A stretch of 64,000 nucleotides of DNA, from contig CAWCIV010000004.1 of NCBI GenBank assembly GCA_963795805.1, forward strand, positions 195,126-259,125, written 5' to 3'. Both the position numbers and the translations under genes were made by a program. The stretch is from an uncultured Chloroflexia bacterium. GTDB lineage: Bacteria; Chloroflexota; Dormibacteria; CF-121. The notes under the pieces were generated by a model. The model was not told the origin of the DNA. It saw only the letters and a program-made list of their open reading frames with translations, and did not search any database. Every line of letters starts with the position of its first letter. The stretch's first letter is position 1. Below are positions 26,439 through 35,096 of the stretch, one piece after another.

Positions 26439-27365
26439 ATGGACGACGGTGGGCGCAGGGCCCACTCGCACGCGTGGCACCACGGGATGTCCCGACGCGA
26501 GTTTCTCGGGGCAAGCGCAACTGCGGCCGGGGTCGCGGTTTCATCCAGTCTCTGGATGCCCACGGCCGCCTTCTCGGGCGACTTCGAGGGATCGCGATGG
26601 TCGGACGTCGTCCCGATGGTGCCGAGGCCCGTTCCCATCCCCGGCGGTGACACCCTTGGCGGAGTCCTCTACCACCAGTTCGTCCCCGGGGACCCTGCCC
26701 TGGGCCTCGACGGGTTTGACGCCGAGCCCAATGGAATTACAAACTTCCGCGGTCTGGCGATGATGGGTTACACCACCGGTACCGCGGTGGGCAGCGATGG
26801 CAAGACCTACAACGCGCTCACGGATAACCGTGTCTACCAGGGCGAATACATCGCGGCCAACGGCCGCAGGGCATACGGCACCTTCGTCGAAATATGAATT
26901 GACCTGTATGACCCCAGTTCGGGGTTTCCAGGGACCGCGTTACATGACTTCAGTCCAGGCGTTGATCACTATGGGCTCTTCTGGCTGGTTAAGGTGCGGG
27001 ATAAGGCCTTGAAGGTTCGTGACAAGTCCGCCACGATAAGCCTTTCAAACGTTCCTGAAACCGACACGTTTACCTTTTACAACCCGGATCCGCCGACCTT
27101 ACCGGGGCTGCCTTCGGTGGCGTCGTTCAAGCAGACCTACACGAAGTCGGGAGTGCCGCGCACCATCCGCCCCGGTTCGACCGATCCCACGAGTCCGCTG
27201 GCCTGGGCGGGCGAGATGTGGAAGGCCACGGCATCAATCGAGTTCACGGTTGCTCACCGTGACCGTAGCTTCTCGGCCCGCGGCAGCGGGACCTCCGCAC
27301 CCACCGACTTCGGGGAAATGGGCTTCGAACGCAACGGCTCCTTCCTCAACCAGGACAGAGACTAG
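26439..27365 (+). pseudogene. Tat-signal secreted protein of unknown family, split by an in-frame TGA at 26895-26897
   Basis: Twin-arginine signal MSRREFLGASATAAGVAV. Track ORFs 26439..26897 and 26994..27365 are in the same frame, and 26898-26993 is open in that frame (..GTFVEI*IDLYDPSSGFPGTALHDFSPGVDHYGLFWLVKV..). Confidence 0.65.
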
Positions 27366-27400
27366 TAAGCCGGCTGAAAAGGCCGATCCGTCGAGGGAAT

Positions 27401-28513
27401 CTACTGGTCGCGGGCGTGGCCGAAGTACATCAGTTCCCAGATCGCGTCGGCCTTGTGGGTCTCGACCAAGTCACCACCGCGATACCGTGAGATGTCCAGG
27501 TCACCGACGAATCGCAGGTACGCGCCGTCGAAATGCGCCAGCCGGGCGGCGATGCGTTTGATGCCCTTGATGTGGTCGACCATCCGATCTGCCGTGAGGT
27601 CGTGGCGCCGGGTAAAGGACACCACGTATCGGTCGTCGCCGTCCTGATAGGTGTAGCGCGTCGTCCTCGCGACGGGCTTGCCGGTCTTCTGATCGGTGTA
27701 GATCCCTTCCCGGTCGAAGGTGACCTTGGCCGGGTCGTCGCCGACGAGGACCTTGTCGCGGGCGAGCATGAAGATCGGAAGTGGCTCGAACCCATATTGC
27801 TTAGCGGAGGTGATGTAGGACGCGATGACCGAATACGGTCCGGCCTGGCCGCGAGCCCAGTACCAATCGTGGACCACCTTCATCAGACCGACATTGCCCC
27901 AGTTGTGATCGTGGTAGCCGACCCCGGTCGTCTGGTGCTGCTCCCCGGCGACGGAGTACGTGACGGTCACGGCGCCCTCAGGCACTGAGGGAAGCCACGC
28001 GAATTCCAACGACCGATCCGCGCCGAACAACATGTACCCGGTCGCCGGGCGCCACGGGGGAACCTCGCCCGTCAAGGTGACGTCGACCGAGATCTCCTCC
28101 GCGGTCGCCTGGATCCGATAGCGGTGGAGGTCACCAGTAAATCGGTTCTGGCCGAGGCGTACATCGGCATGGCCCTTCGCCGCCGACCATTCGCCCGGCG
28201 GATAGTGTACGAGCTTTTCGAAGTGTCGCCCGTCGGGAAGGTCAAGGTTCAGCCGAAGCAGCGGCGACAACGGCTTCTGCGGCTCTGCGATGTCCTTGTT
28301 CATGAACGTCACGACCAGCTTCGCTCCGTCCGCGAGGTGCGCGTCGAAGTACCACCATTCGTAGGTACCGGCCGAGTCGTCGGTGCGTGCGCCATCCTCC
28401 CACGGCGCGATCGAGGTGGGCGATAGTCCGAGGCGCTGATAGTCCGCCGGTGAGCGTGCTTCCACCGCCAGCTTTTCTACCACCACTTTGTCTGCCATGG
28501 ACTGCTGCTCCAA
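27401..28513 (-). CDS. CrtC / AttH-like lipocalin-fold hydratase family protein
   Basis: ..GTYEWWYFDAHLADGAKLVVTF.. resembles the hydroxyneurosporene-synthase (CrtC) family N-terminal signature. 370 aa. Confidence 0.55.
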   Translation of the reverse strand: MEQQSMADKVVVEKLAVEARSPADYQRLGLSPTSIAPWEDGARTDDSAGTYEWWYFDAHLADGAKLVVTFMNKDIAEPQKPLSPLLRLNLDLPDGRHFEKLVHYPPGEWSAAKGHADVRLGQNRFTGDLHRYRIQATAEEISVDVTLTGEVPPWRPATGYMLFGADRSLEFAWLPSVPEGAVTVTYSVAGEQHQTTGVGYHDHNWGNVGLMKVVHDWYWARGQAGPYSVIASYITSAKQYGFEPLPIFMLARDKVLVGDDPAKVTFDREGIYTDQKTGKPVARTTRYTYQDGDDRYVVSFTRRHDLTADRMVDHIKGIKRIAARLAHFDGAYLRFVGDLDISRYRGGDLVETHKADAIWELMYFGHARDQ

Positions 28514-28540
28514 CGTGTCGGTGCACGCCTCTTCGTCCTG

Positions 28541-28894
28541 GTGGGATCAGCCATCACTTTAAGCTACGATGGGCGATCGATGAGCTCCAGGGCGATCTCC
28601 GGCGGAGTGGCACATACAGTCCCGGTGGATTTGAGAGGCGTCCTGATTGCCAACCCAAAGGTTCTCGCTGCGTGGGAAGACCTCACCCCTCTTGCCCGCA
28701 ATGAATGGATCTGCTGGGTGCTCTGGCCCAAGAAAGCAGTAACGAGGAGCCAGCACATCCAGCGAGTGCAATCCGAGCTGTTGGAGGGGAAGCGGCGGCC
28801 GTGTTGTTGGCTAGGTTGCATCCACCGCAAGGACAAAGAACTGAGCCCTTCGGTCCGCTGGGTGCTGAGCACCCGCAGCAAAGCGTCGAAATGA
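28541..28894 (+). CDS. YdeI/OmpD-associated family protein
   Basis: ..WEDLTPLARNEWICWV...KKAVTRSQHIQRVQSELLEGKRRPCCWLGCIHR is a typical OmdA-domain C-terminus. The start may be the internal ATG (MSSRAIS..). Confidence 0.6.
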   Translation: MGSAITLSYDGRSMSSRAISGGVAHTVPVDLRGVLIANPKVLAAWEDLTPLARNEWICWVLWPKKAVTRSQHIQRVQSELLEGKRRPCCWLGCIHRKDKELSPSVRWVLSTRSKASK

Positions 28895-29277
28895 GCGACG
28901 CATCCGCGTCCCAGCAGATAGATGACATAGTCCGCAGGACGGCTGGCTGGAGGGGTGCGAGGCTGAGCCAACTGCGGGCTCTCATCAAGGGTGCCGACCC
29001 GGGCGTAATCGAAGAAGTGAAGTGGAAGAAGCCCTCCCGCCCCGAGGGGGTGCCCGTCTGGTCCCACGACGGCATCGTCTGCATCGGCGAGACCCTCAAG
29101 AACGCGGTGAGGCTGACGTTTCCAAAGGGTGCCCAGCTGAGGGATCCGAAGAGGCTGTTCAACACGCGTCTGGACAGCAAGACGGTACGTGCCATCGATT
29201 TCCATGAGGGCGATGCCATCAACGCGTCCGCGTTGAAGGCACTCATCCTCGAAGGTGCCCGCCTAAATCGACGCTAA
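28891..29277 (+). CDS. DUF1801 (YdhG-like) domain protein
   Basis: ATGA overlap with the previous gene. ..LRALIKGADPGVIEEVKWKKPSRPEGVPVWSHDGIVCIGETLKNAVRLTFPKGA. Confidence 0.65.
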   Translation: MSDASASQQIDDIVRRTAGWRGARLSQLRALIKGADPGVIEEVKWKKPSRPEGVPVWSHDGIVCIGETLKNAVRLTFPKGAQLRDPKRLFNTRLDSKTVRAIDFHEGDAINASALKALILEGARLNRR

Positions 29278-29303
29278 CACCGTAGTTTCCCGTGCCTCCG
29301 AAT

Positions 29304-29744
29304 TCAGAACAGTTCCTCGGCTAGCGCGACGATGATGCCCGCAGGGCCTCGCATGTAGCAGAGTCTGTACTTGTCCTCGTACTGGGCCACCTCGCCGACC
29401 AGTTCGGCGCCGTTGGCGCCCAGGCGAGCGACAGTGTCGTCGACGCTTTCGACTGTAAACATGACGCTCCGGAGGCCCAACGTGTTCGGCGGTGCGATCG
29501 CCGGTTCGGTCTCGATCAGTTTTGGATTGCGAAATTTGGTCAGCTCAAGCCGCCCATGCCCGTCTGGGGTCCGCATCATGGCGATGTCGACCTGGACACT
29601 TTCGAGCCCGTTGACGCGGTCCACCCACGGGCCCGCGACCGGCGCCTCGCCTTCGAGCGTCATGCCGAGCGCGGTGAAGAAAGCGATAGCGCCTGCTAGG
29701 TCGTCGACGACGACGCTGACGTGGTCCAATCTCTTGATCGTCAT
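29304..29744 (-). CDS. VOC / glyoxalase-family protein
   Basis: MTIKRLDHVSVVVDDLAGAIAFFTALGMTLEGE... 146 aa from the ATG at 29744. Confidence 0.78.
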   Translation of the reverse strand: MTIKRLDHVSVVVDDLAGAIAFFTALGMTLEGEAPVAGPWVDRVNGLESVQVDIAMMRTPDGHGRLELTKFRNPKLIETEPAIAPPNTLGLRSVMFTVESVDDTVARLGANGAELVGEVAQYEDKYRLCYMRGPAGIIVALAEELF

Positions 29745-29793
29745 GTCCCTAGCATGGCAGGAGGCCGTGCGCGGTAAACGGATGGTGCCAGAC

Positions 29794-30579
29794 CTATTGG
29801 CGATGAGCCTGGCCGGCCCGGTATATCGCTGCCCACTGCCACACATCCAGGTCGACGGTGGAGCCGGTTGGTGAGAATCCCAGTTCTCGAGCCATCGTGG
29901 CGACCTGCTTGCGGCCGCAAATGGCCGACAGCGCGGCGCGGGTCGGCGATGGCGCCCTCGCATAGCAGGCGCGAAGTGCCCTCACATAAGGTGCGCGCTC
30001 TTCGATGGGAAGGAGCGGCGCGGTCCGGCGGCGCACCGACAGCACGGCCGCGTCCTCGATGGGCGGAGGCGAGAAGAGACGGGAGCTCAGTCTCCGGGTG
30101 ACCTGGAACTCGAACCAGGGCTGCCACGACAAATTCAATAGGTTGCTACGGCCGACGAAGGATCGTTTGACGGCCACGTTCCAGGCGACCACCAAATCCG
30201 CCCGCTCAGGAGCCCTAGCGGGGTCATCCAGGAGGTAGTGCAGGATGTCGGTGGTTACGTGGAACGGGATGTTGCTGACAACCTTGTACGGCACAGAAAG
30301 CTTCGGGACCGTCAGGATGTCAGCCTCTTCCACGGTGACATTGTGGTGACCGGCGAATCGTGTCCGAAGCTGAGCGGCCCAGTGCGGGTCGGCTTCAATC
30401 GCCAAGACCTGGAGCGCCCGCCTGGCGAGTTCTTCGGTTAAAGCGCCGTTGCCAGCACCGATCTCCAGAACGAGGTCAGCGCTGCCGACTTCAGCGCTCT
30501 CAACGAGCTGGGCGCAAACCCTCCGGCTGGAGAGGAAGTTCTGCGATAGTGTCCGCCGACGCAAGGAGCGGTCGGACAC
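29794..30579 (-). CDS. rRNA adenine N6-methyltransferase family protein, Erm-like
   Basis: ..RRRTLSQNFLSS.., VLEIGAGNGALTEEL, AIEADP, ..YKVVSNIPFHVTTDIL. 261 aa. The YKVVSNIPF..TTDI and ..VVAWNVAVKR segments look closer to Erm than to KsgA/RsmA. Confidence 0.65.
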   Translation of the reverse strand: MSDRSLRRRTLSQNFLSSRRVCAQLVESAEVGSADLVLEIGAGNGALTEELARRALQVLAIEADPHWAAQLRTRFAGHHNVTVEEADILTVPKLSVPYKVVSNIPFHVTTDILHYLLDDPARAPERADLVVAWNVAVKRSFVGRSNLLNLSWQPWFEFQVTRRLSSRLFSPPPIEDAAVLSVRRRTAPLLPIEERAPYVRALRACYARAPSPTRAALSAICGRKQVATMARELGFSPTGSTVDLDVWQWAAIYRAGQAHRQ

Positions 30580-30637
30580 GGAGGCCGAAGAAGACGAAGG
30601 AGCCCATTACGCCGGCCAGTATAGCGTCTAGGTCGCA

Positions 30638-31078
30638 CTATCCGGTCGCCGGCTCGTACTCAAAGATCAGCTTGGCGATCACCCGCGGATTGAAGGGAAG
30701 GTGGTCGGCAGCCACGAATTCGCCCTGGAGGACATGCGGCCCCGGAGTGAAGGCTTGCAGCGAGACGGTGGCCGAAGGCTGGTAGTTCATCGAGAGCACG
30801 CGGCCGTCGATCGAGAGATGGATGTGGCCCGTATCCGGCGTCAGGTTCTTGGATGTGATGGTCACGATTCGGCCTCCCGTCAGCTGAAACTGGACGTTGA
30901 GGGTCGTCGTCGTCACGACACTATCCGGCTGCGGCTGGAGGATCGTCACGGTCGCCGTCGAACGTGGACGCGGCGTTCCGCTCGGCGATGGCGTCGGGGA
31001 CGCGCTAGCGAATGGAAGGCTGCAGGCGGTCGTCAAGAGAGCCACGGCCGCAAGGGTGACGAGAAACCTGATTTTCAC
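30638..31078 (-). CDS. Lipoprotein, DUF4399-like
   Basis: Lipobox LLTTACS. ..TPDTGHIHLSIDGRVL.. and ..ADHLPFNP.. resemble DUF4399. 4-nt overlap with the copCD stop. Confidence 0.5.
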   Translation of the reverse strand: MKIRFLVTLAAVALLTTACSLPFASASPTPSPSGTPRPRSTATVTILQPQPDSVVTTTTLNVQFQLTGGRIVTITSKNLTPDTGHIHLSIDGRVLSMNYQPSATVSLQAFTPGPHVLQGEFVAADHLPFNPRVIAKLIFEYEPATG

Positions 31079-33072
31079 TTGAGTATCTCCGTGAAACTGG
31101 CCTGGTAGAGCTTGCCGTCGGTCGAGGTTGCCGTGGTATCGAACCGCCAGGTGCCCGCCGTCAGAAGTCCCTGGCCGATGAAGTGCCCGACCTTATCGTC
31201 TGAAAAGCGTGACGCCTGAAGATCGATGGTCGGACCGGCCGCTGGCGTCGCGCTGATGACCGTCCCGTCCGCCATGGGCAGCTCGATATTGCCCTGGAAG
31301 AACGTGGCGTGCACGGCATTGAAGCCGGCTTTTCCCGGATCCACGTATAGCTGCAGCGAGCGGTTGCCGCTGTAATTGACGGTGTAGATATCCGGCAGAC
31401 CCGCCGTCCGCTGAACCGAGATGCGTTCCGGCGGAACGGCGGTGATCAGCGTCAGCGGCACTTCGACCGACTGCTGCCCGCGCTCGATGACGACGGTGAC
31501 GCTCCACCGACCTGCCAGAGAGAGGTTCGTCCCGGTCGCGCCGTACGTGCCGATGCTGCCCCGCCTTAATTCGAGCGTCGATTCTCCAACCGTGGGCCGT
31601 CCCGGGAAGTCGAAGCGGAGCGCCACCCTGCCGGCGCTGACCGCTTGGCCGGTGTCGTAGTCGCCGATGGTCACGGTGAAGTGGCTCGAGCCAGGATAGC
31701 CGGGCGCCACCACCAGGTGCACCCTGACAGTGGTACCGAAATCCTGGCCGTCCGCGCTGATCTGCTGCGGTGGTATCGCAGCCGCGACCGGCGAATAGCT
31801 CGGCGGGGCCAGCGCCGTCAGCACCGCCGCGACCAGGATGACCACTGCGGCCACGCCGATCTCCACCCGGGCAACGCGTCGCAGCCCAGATAGGCTCCGT
31901 TCGACGCGCGGGACGTTGCGGAAGCGGTTGATCGCTCCCAGACCGGCGAGAACGACGAACAGCGCAACCTTGACGATGACGAGGCCTCCAAAGAGCGTCG
32001 AGAACAGGCGAGGTAGCGAGCCGACCTCGTCGATGGAACGCAGCAATCCGGTGACGCCGATCGCCGCGAGGGCAAAGCCCGCCACGAGAGAGAACCGCCG
32101 CACCGCGCCGGCGGCGACCTGCGGCGGCAGGCCGCGGACGCCCAGCAGCAACGCCGCGAGTCCACCGATCCATACCGCGAACGCGGTCAGGTGCGCAAAT
32201 TGGGCTGGCAACATCAGCCAGGCGACGTGGCTCGCATCCGCGTGACTGGTCAGGACGTGGGTAAGGATCGACACCAACGCCAGGGTCCCTGCGGCGCCCA
32301 GAGCGATCCGGTCCCTGGGTGCGCGCAGTCGCGAGGCGATGGCGAGCGCCAGCCCCGCGAGCACGACCGGGGCCGCTTGCATGAGCAGGTTTCCGCTCAG
32401 CGACGTCGAGAAGAACTCGCCCCAATTAACGCCGGCCGCTTCCCGTTGGGATTCGGCCGCCGCGGCCAGGCCAATCAGCGCCGCACCCATGCCGGCGCCG
32501 GCCATCGCGAGCAGCCGCCTCGACGGTGCCGAAAAGGCGAATAGCGAGATCCAGGTGCCGCCCAGCAGCAAGGCGAGACCGACGTAATAGATCCACCGGC
32601 CCGCCACGCCGAGCGGGGCCGGCGGCGGCGTTGAGGGTGCCGCCGTGCCAGCTGGAGCTGGCGCGCCAGCAGGCGACGTGCCGACACCGAAGGCGAACGA
32701 GCCCGCAGCATAGTGACCGTCCACCGCTGAGACGGTTGTCCAGGTGACGGTGTACACGCCGTTGGGCAGCGACGGCAGCGCCACCGTCAGCGTCAGTGGG
32801 TCGCCCGCCATCGGACGCACGCCGTCGCGCTCGAGCCGCTGTCCCCCGGTGTTGAGGACATGGATGATCGACAGCCTGGGGTCAGGCCGTTCGGTAAACG
32901 TGATACTGACCTGCGCCGGCGCGTGGTCGAGGACCGCGCCGTCGGCCGGTGTCGAGGAGCGCAGCAGCGCATGGGCCTCGGCGGAAACCGCGAGGCCCAG
33001 CGCCGCAATCGCTGCGATCAGGAGCGCGAGGACGAGGCGACGCACGTCAGCGAACGGCAGACCCTCGGCCAC
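31075..33072 (-). CDS. Fused CopC-CopD copper resistance/uptake protein with C-terminal extracytoplasmic domain (YcnJ-like)
   Basis: Signal ..AVSAEA|HALLRSSTPADGAVLDHAPAQVSITFTE (CopC with N-terminal His), then about 8 TM segments of CopD type, then a beta-rich C-terminal domain. 665 aa. Confidence 0.82.
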   Translation of the reverse strand: MAEGLPFADVRRLVLALLIAAIAALGLAVSAEAHALLRSSTPADGAVLDHAPAQVSITFTERPDPRLSIIHVLNTGGQRLERDGVRPMAGDPLTLTVALPSLPNGVYTVTWTTVSAVDGHYAAGSFAFGVGTSPAGAPAPAGTAAPSTPPPAPLGVAGRWIYYVGLALLLGGTWISLFAFSAPSRRLLAMAGAGMGAALIGLAAAAESQREAAGVNWGEFFSTSLSGNLLMQAAPVVLAGLALAIASRLRAPRDRIALGAAGTLALVSILTHVLTSHADASHVAWLMLPAQFAHLTAFAVWIGGLAALLLGVRGLPPQVAAGAVRRFSLVAGFALAAIGVTGLLRSIDEVGSLPRLFSTLFGGLVIVKVALFVVLAGLGAINRFRNVPRVERSLSGLRRVARVEIGVAAVVILVAAVLTALAPPSYSPVAAAIPPQQISADGQDFGTTVRVHLVVAPGYPGSSHFTVTIGDYDTGQAVSAGRVALRFDFPGRPTVGESTLELRRGSIGTYGATGTNLSLAGRWSVTVVIERGQQSVEVPLTLITAVPPERISVQRTAGLPDIYTVNYSGNRSLQLYVDPGKAGFNAVHATFFQGNIELPMADGTVISATPAAGPTIDLQASRFSDDKVGHFIGQGLLTAGTWRFDTTATSTDGKLYQASFTEILK

Positions 33073-33075
33073 GTG

Positions 33076-33714
33076 TCAGCGTGATGATGAGGCCGATCGG
33101 CCGAGTGCGCCGAGCACGATCCCCGCGATCGCCAGGTTACGAACGAGGTCGGTGTCGTTCTTGGCCGTGGTCTGGACCGAGGTTAGCCGCGGATCGAGAC
33201 GGTTGAGGCGCTGGGAGATCTGGGCGCGGGTCGGATCCTGCGCCGGGAACTCCACGCTGGTCGGATCTTTGACCGCGTCGAAGGTGCTGGGGCTCGAGGT
33301 AAACGACTGGTCGACCGCCTGACCCTTGATCGAGCCGGTGAAGTGGAAGGTGTAGTTTCCGGGACGGGTCGGGACCAAGCTCGCGAGATACTCACCCGGC
33401 TTGCCGAGGCCGGTATCGGGATCGAACGTCGGAACGAGGCTCAACGCCGGCATCTTCTGGCTCTGATAGATGACCTCCACCTTCAGGCTGTCGCCGAGGT
33501 CGGCGACGGCATTGCCCCTGGCGTCTTTGAGCAGGAACTGGACGGCGTTCTGCTCGTCCGCATACGCGGGCTCGTGCAGCCAGCCGACGGTGAACTCGTA
33601 CGCGCCTACGGTTCGCACCTCGTGGGCGAACGCTGGCACCATGGCGGCCACAGCCAGGGCGATGGCGATGCCCGCAGCCGGAAGCAGGCGAAACGGAGTG
33701 AAACGTGTGCGCAT
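33076..33714 (-). CDS. Secreted, C-terminally anchored protein of the copper cluster (unknown family)
   Basis: Start at MRTRFTPFRLL.. Predicted cleavage ..VPAFA|HEVRTV leaves an N-terminal His. C-terminal TM segment LAIAGIVLGALG. 3 nt upstream of copCD. Confidence 0.55.
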   Translation of the reverse strand: MRTRFTPFRLLPAAGIAIALAVAAMVPAFAHEVRTVGAYEFTVGWLHEPAYADEQNAVQFLLKDARGNAVADLGDSLKVEVIYQSQKMPALSLVPTFDPDTGLGKPGEYLASLVPTRPGNYTFHFTGSIKGQAVDQSFTSSPSTFDAVKDPTSVEFPAQDPTRAQISQRLNRLDPRLTSVQTTAKNDTDLVRNLAIAGIVLGALGRSASSSR

Positions 33715-33776
33715 GAATGCTCTCCTTGACGCGTGGATTTCTGATGCCGTGCCCACTGGCACGGCCCAACATCACG

Positions 33777-34379
33777 TCAGATCGAGCGCGGGGGACCTCG
33801 GCGTCGGTACCACCGCTGGTCGCGGAGGGCCGCTCGACGCGCCGGAAGCGGCACGGATCGCAGCACCGTGCCGGCCGACCGCGGTGCGAGACGAAGCGCC
33901 AGTACGGCGCGGATTGCATCTGGGGCAAGCTGCAGATATCCACGTATCCAGCTGATCAGCCAGGCCGCGAGCGCCGCCAGCGGCACCTGGACGCAGATTG
34001 CCAGGATCGCAATGGTGAGTAGATCCGGACTCATCTGGACCGCCAACGCCTCCACGGACTCCTGCGCACCAAAGAGCGCGCACTGGGTGAGCGCCAGGAT
34101 CAAGAACGTGCTCCGCAGCCCGTCCGCCGAGACGTGGCGGTTGCCCAGGATCACACGGATCGAGATCATTGCCATCAGTCCCAGCGCGATGGCGGCCGCG
34201 AGCGAGATGGTGCTGAGCGAAAAGACTCCCGGGAAATAGGCGTGGCTTCCCTGCGACTGGAGCTGCCAGGCCTGCAACGGCCCGTAGCGGAGGAAATACG
34301 CGGCGGTGTGGCCCAGCGGCTCGAGCAACGCGCCGAGCACACACGTGACCAGGAGCCGGCGATTGGGGAACCGCCTCAC
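33777..34379 (-). CDS. Hypothetical integral membrane protein
   Basis: 200 aa with about 5 hydrophobic segments. First gene of the minus-strand copper cluster. Confidence 0.45.
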   Translation of the reverse strand: MRRFPNRRLLVTCVLGALLEPLGHTAAYFLRYGPLQAWQLQSQGSHAYFPGVFSLSTISLAAAIALGLMAMISIRVILGNRHVSADGLRSTFLILALTQCALFGAQESVEALAVQMSPDLLTIAILAICVQVPLAALAAWLISWIRGYLQLAPDAIRAVLALRLAPRSAGTVLRSVPLPARRAALRDQRWYRRRGPPRSI

Positions 34380-34442
34380 TGCCCCGGAGTATAGGCTCGG
34401 TTCGTAAGAGACTACTTTCGCGGGCGCCTCACGCAGCTAGCT

Positions 34443-34550
34443 GATGCCAGCCAAACCTCCGGGTGAATAACGCCGAGACGGCGATCCCACAAGCGCATAA
34501 GCTATCCAGAAATCGTCAGCTGCCCTGAAGGTCGTGCGCCGGACGCGGAC
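34443..34550 (-). repeat. Decayed fragment homologous to 21621-21730 (3' part of the tandem nuclease-fold gene)
   Basis: 33-nt identical core ctatccagaaatcgtcagctgccctgaaggtcg (21682-21714 = 34502-34534) with flanking similarity. The minus-strand translation VRVRRTTFRAADDFWI.. matches VRVRRSTFRAADDFWIV.. and then loses frame (1-nt insertion and a 3-nt deletion). Confidence 0.8.
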
Positions 34551-34635
34551 TCACCCGCCCCCGGCGCCGATGAGTTTGGGCGCTCGTGCCCGTCTTAGTG
34601 GGTAAGAAGGCCGATTACCACCTGGAGGATGGAAG

Positions 34636-35040
34636 ATGGACGTGAAATCAAAGGCTGCGATTTCGGAGATACGGACGGTGGCGATTGCCGTCACCGACCA
34701 CGAGCGGTCGATCGACTTCTACGTCAACAAGCTTGGGTTTGAGAAGCGGCTCGATGCGCCATTTGGACCCGGACAGCGGTGGGTCGAGGTAGCGCCACAG
34801 GGTTCTGCAACCACGCTGGCTCTGGCCCCGGAGGGACCCACGTCTCACGCCGGCACGGACACCGGGATCCGCTTCCAGACGGACGATGCCGATGACCTAC
34901 ACGCGCGGCTTAAGGCCATCGGCGTCGACGCCGATGCTGAAGTGATGCGCCTGGGTCCGGGCGTGCCGCCCATGTTCTCCTTTCGCGATCCGGATGGCAA
35001 TCGGCTTTACGTCGTGGAGCGAAGCAAAACTTCGCCCTGA
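34636..35040 (+). CDS. VOC / glyoxalase-family protein
   Basis: ..IRTVAIAVTDHERSIDFYVNKLGFEKRLD.. 134 aa. GGAGG RBS. Confidence 0.75.
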   Translation: MDVKSKAAISEIRTVAIAVTDHERSIDFYVNKLGFEKRLDAPFGPGQRWVEVAPQGSATTLALAPEGPTSHAGTDTGIRFQTDDADDLHARLKAIGVDADAEVMRLGPGVPPMFSFRDPDGNRLYVVERSKTSP

Positions 35041-35096
35041 AGGCGGATCGCCAGGCTGCCAGCCAGCGTGATGGAGCGCGGCCCGAGCAGGTGGCG

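Noticed and set aside
26895-26925. Selenocysteine (or other recoding) at the in-frame TGA, with a downstream hairpin acting as a SECIS
   Set aside because: The hairpin has only a 5-bp stem. The local context (FVEI-x-IDLY) is not a redox motif. No sel genes are in the window, and TGA is the common stop codon here. A TGG-to-TGA change or a sequencing error is more parsimonious. It remains a testable alternative in the corresponding finding.
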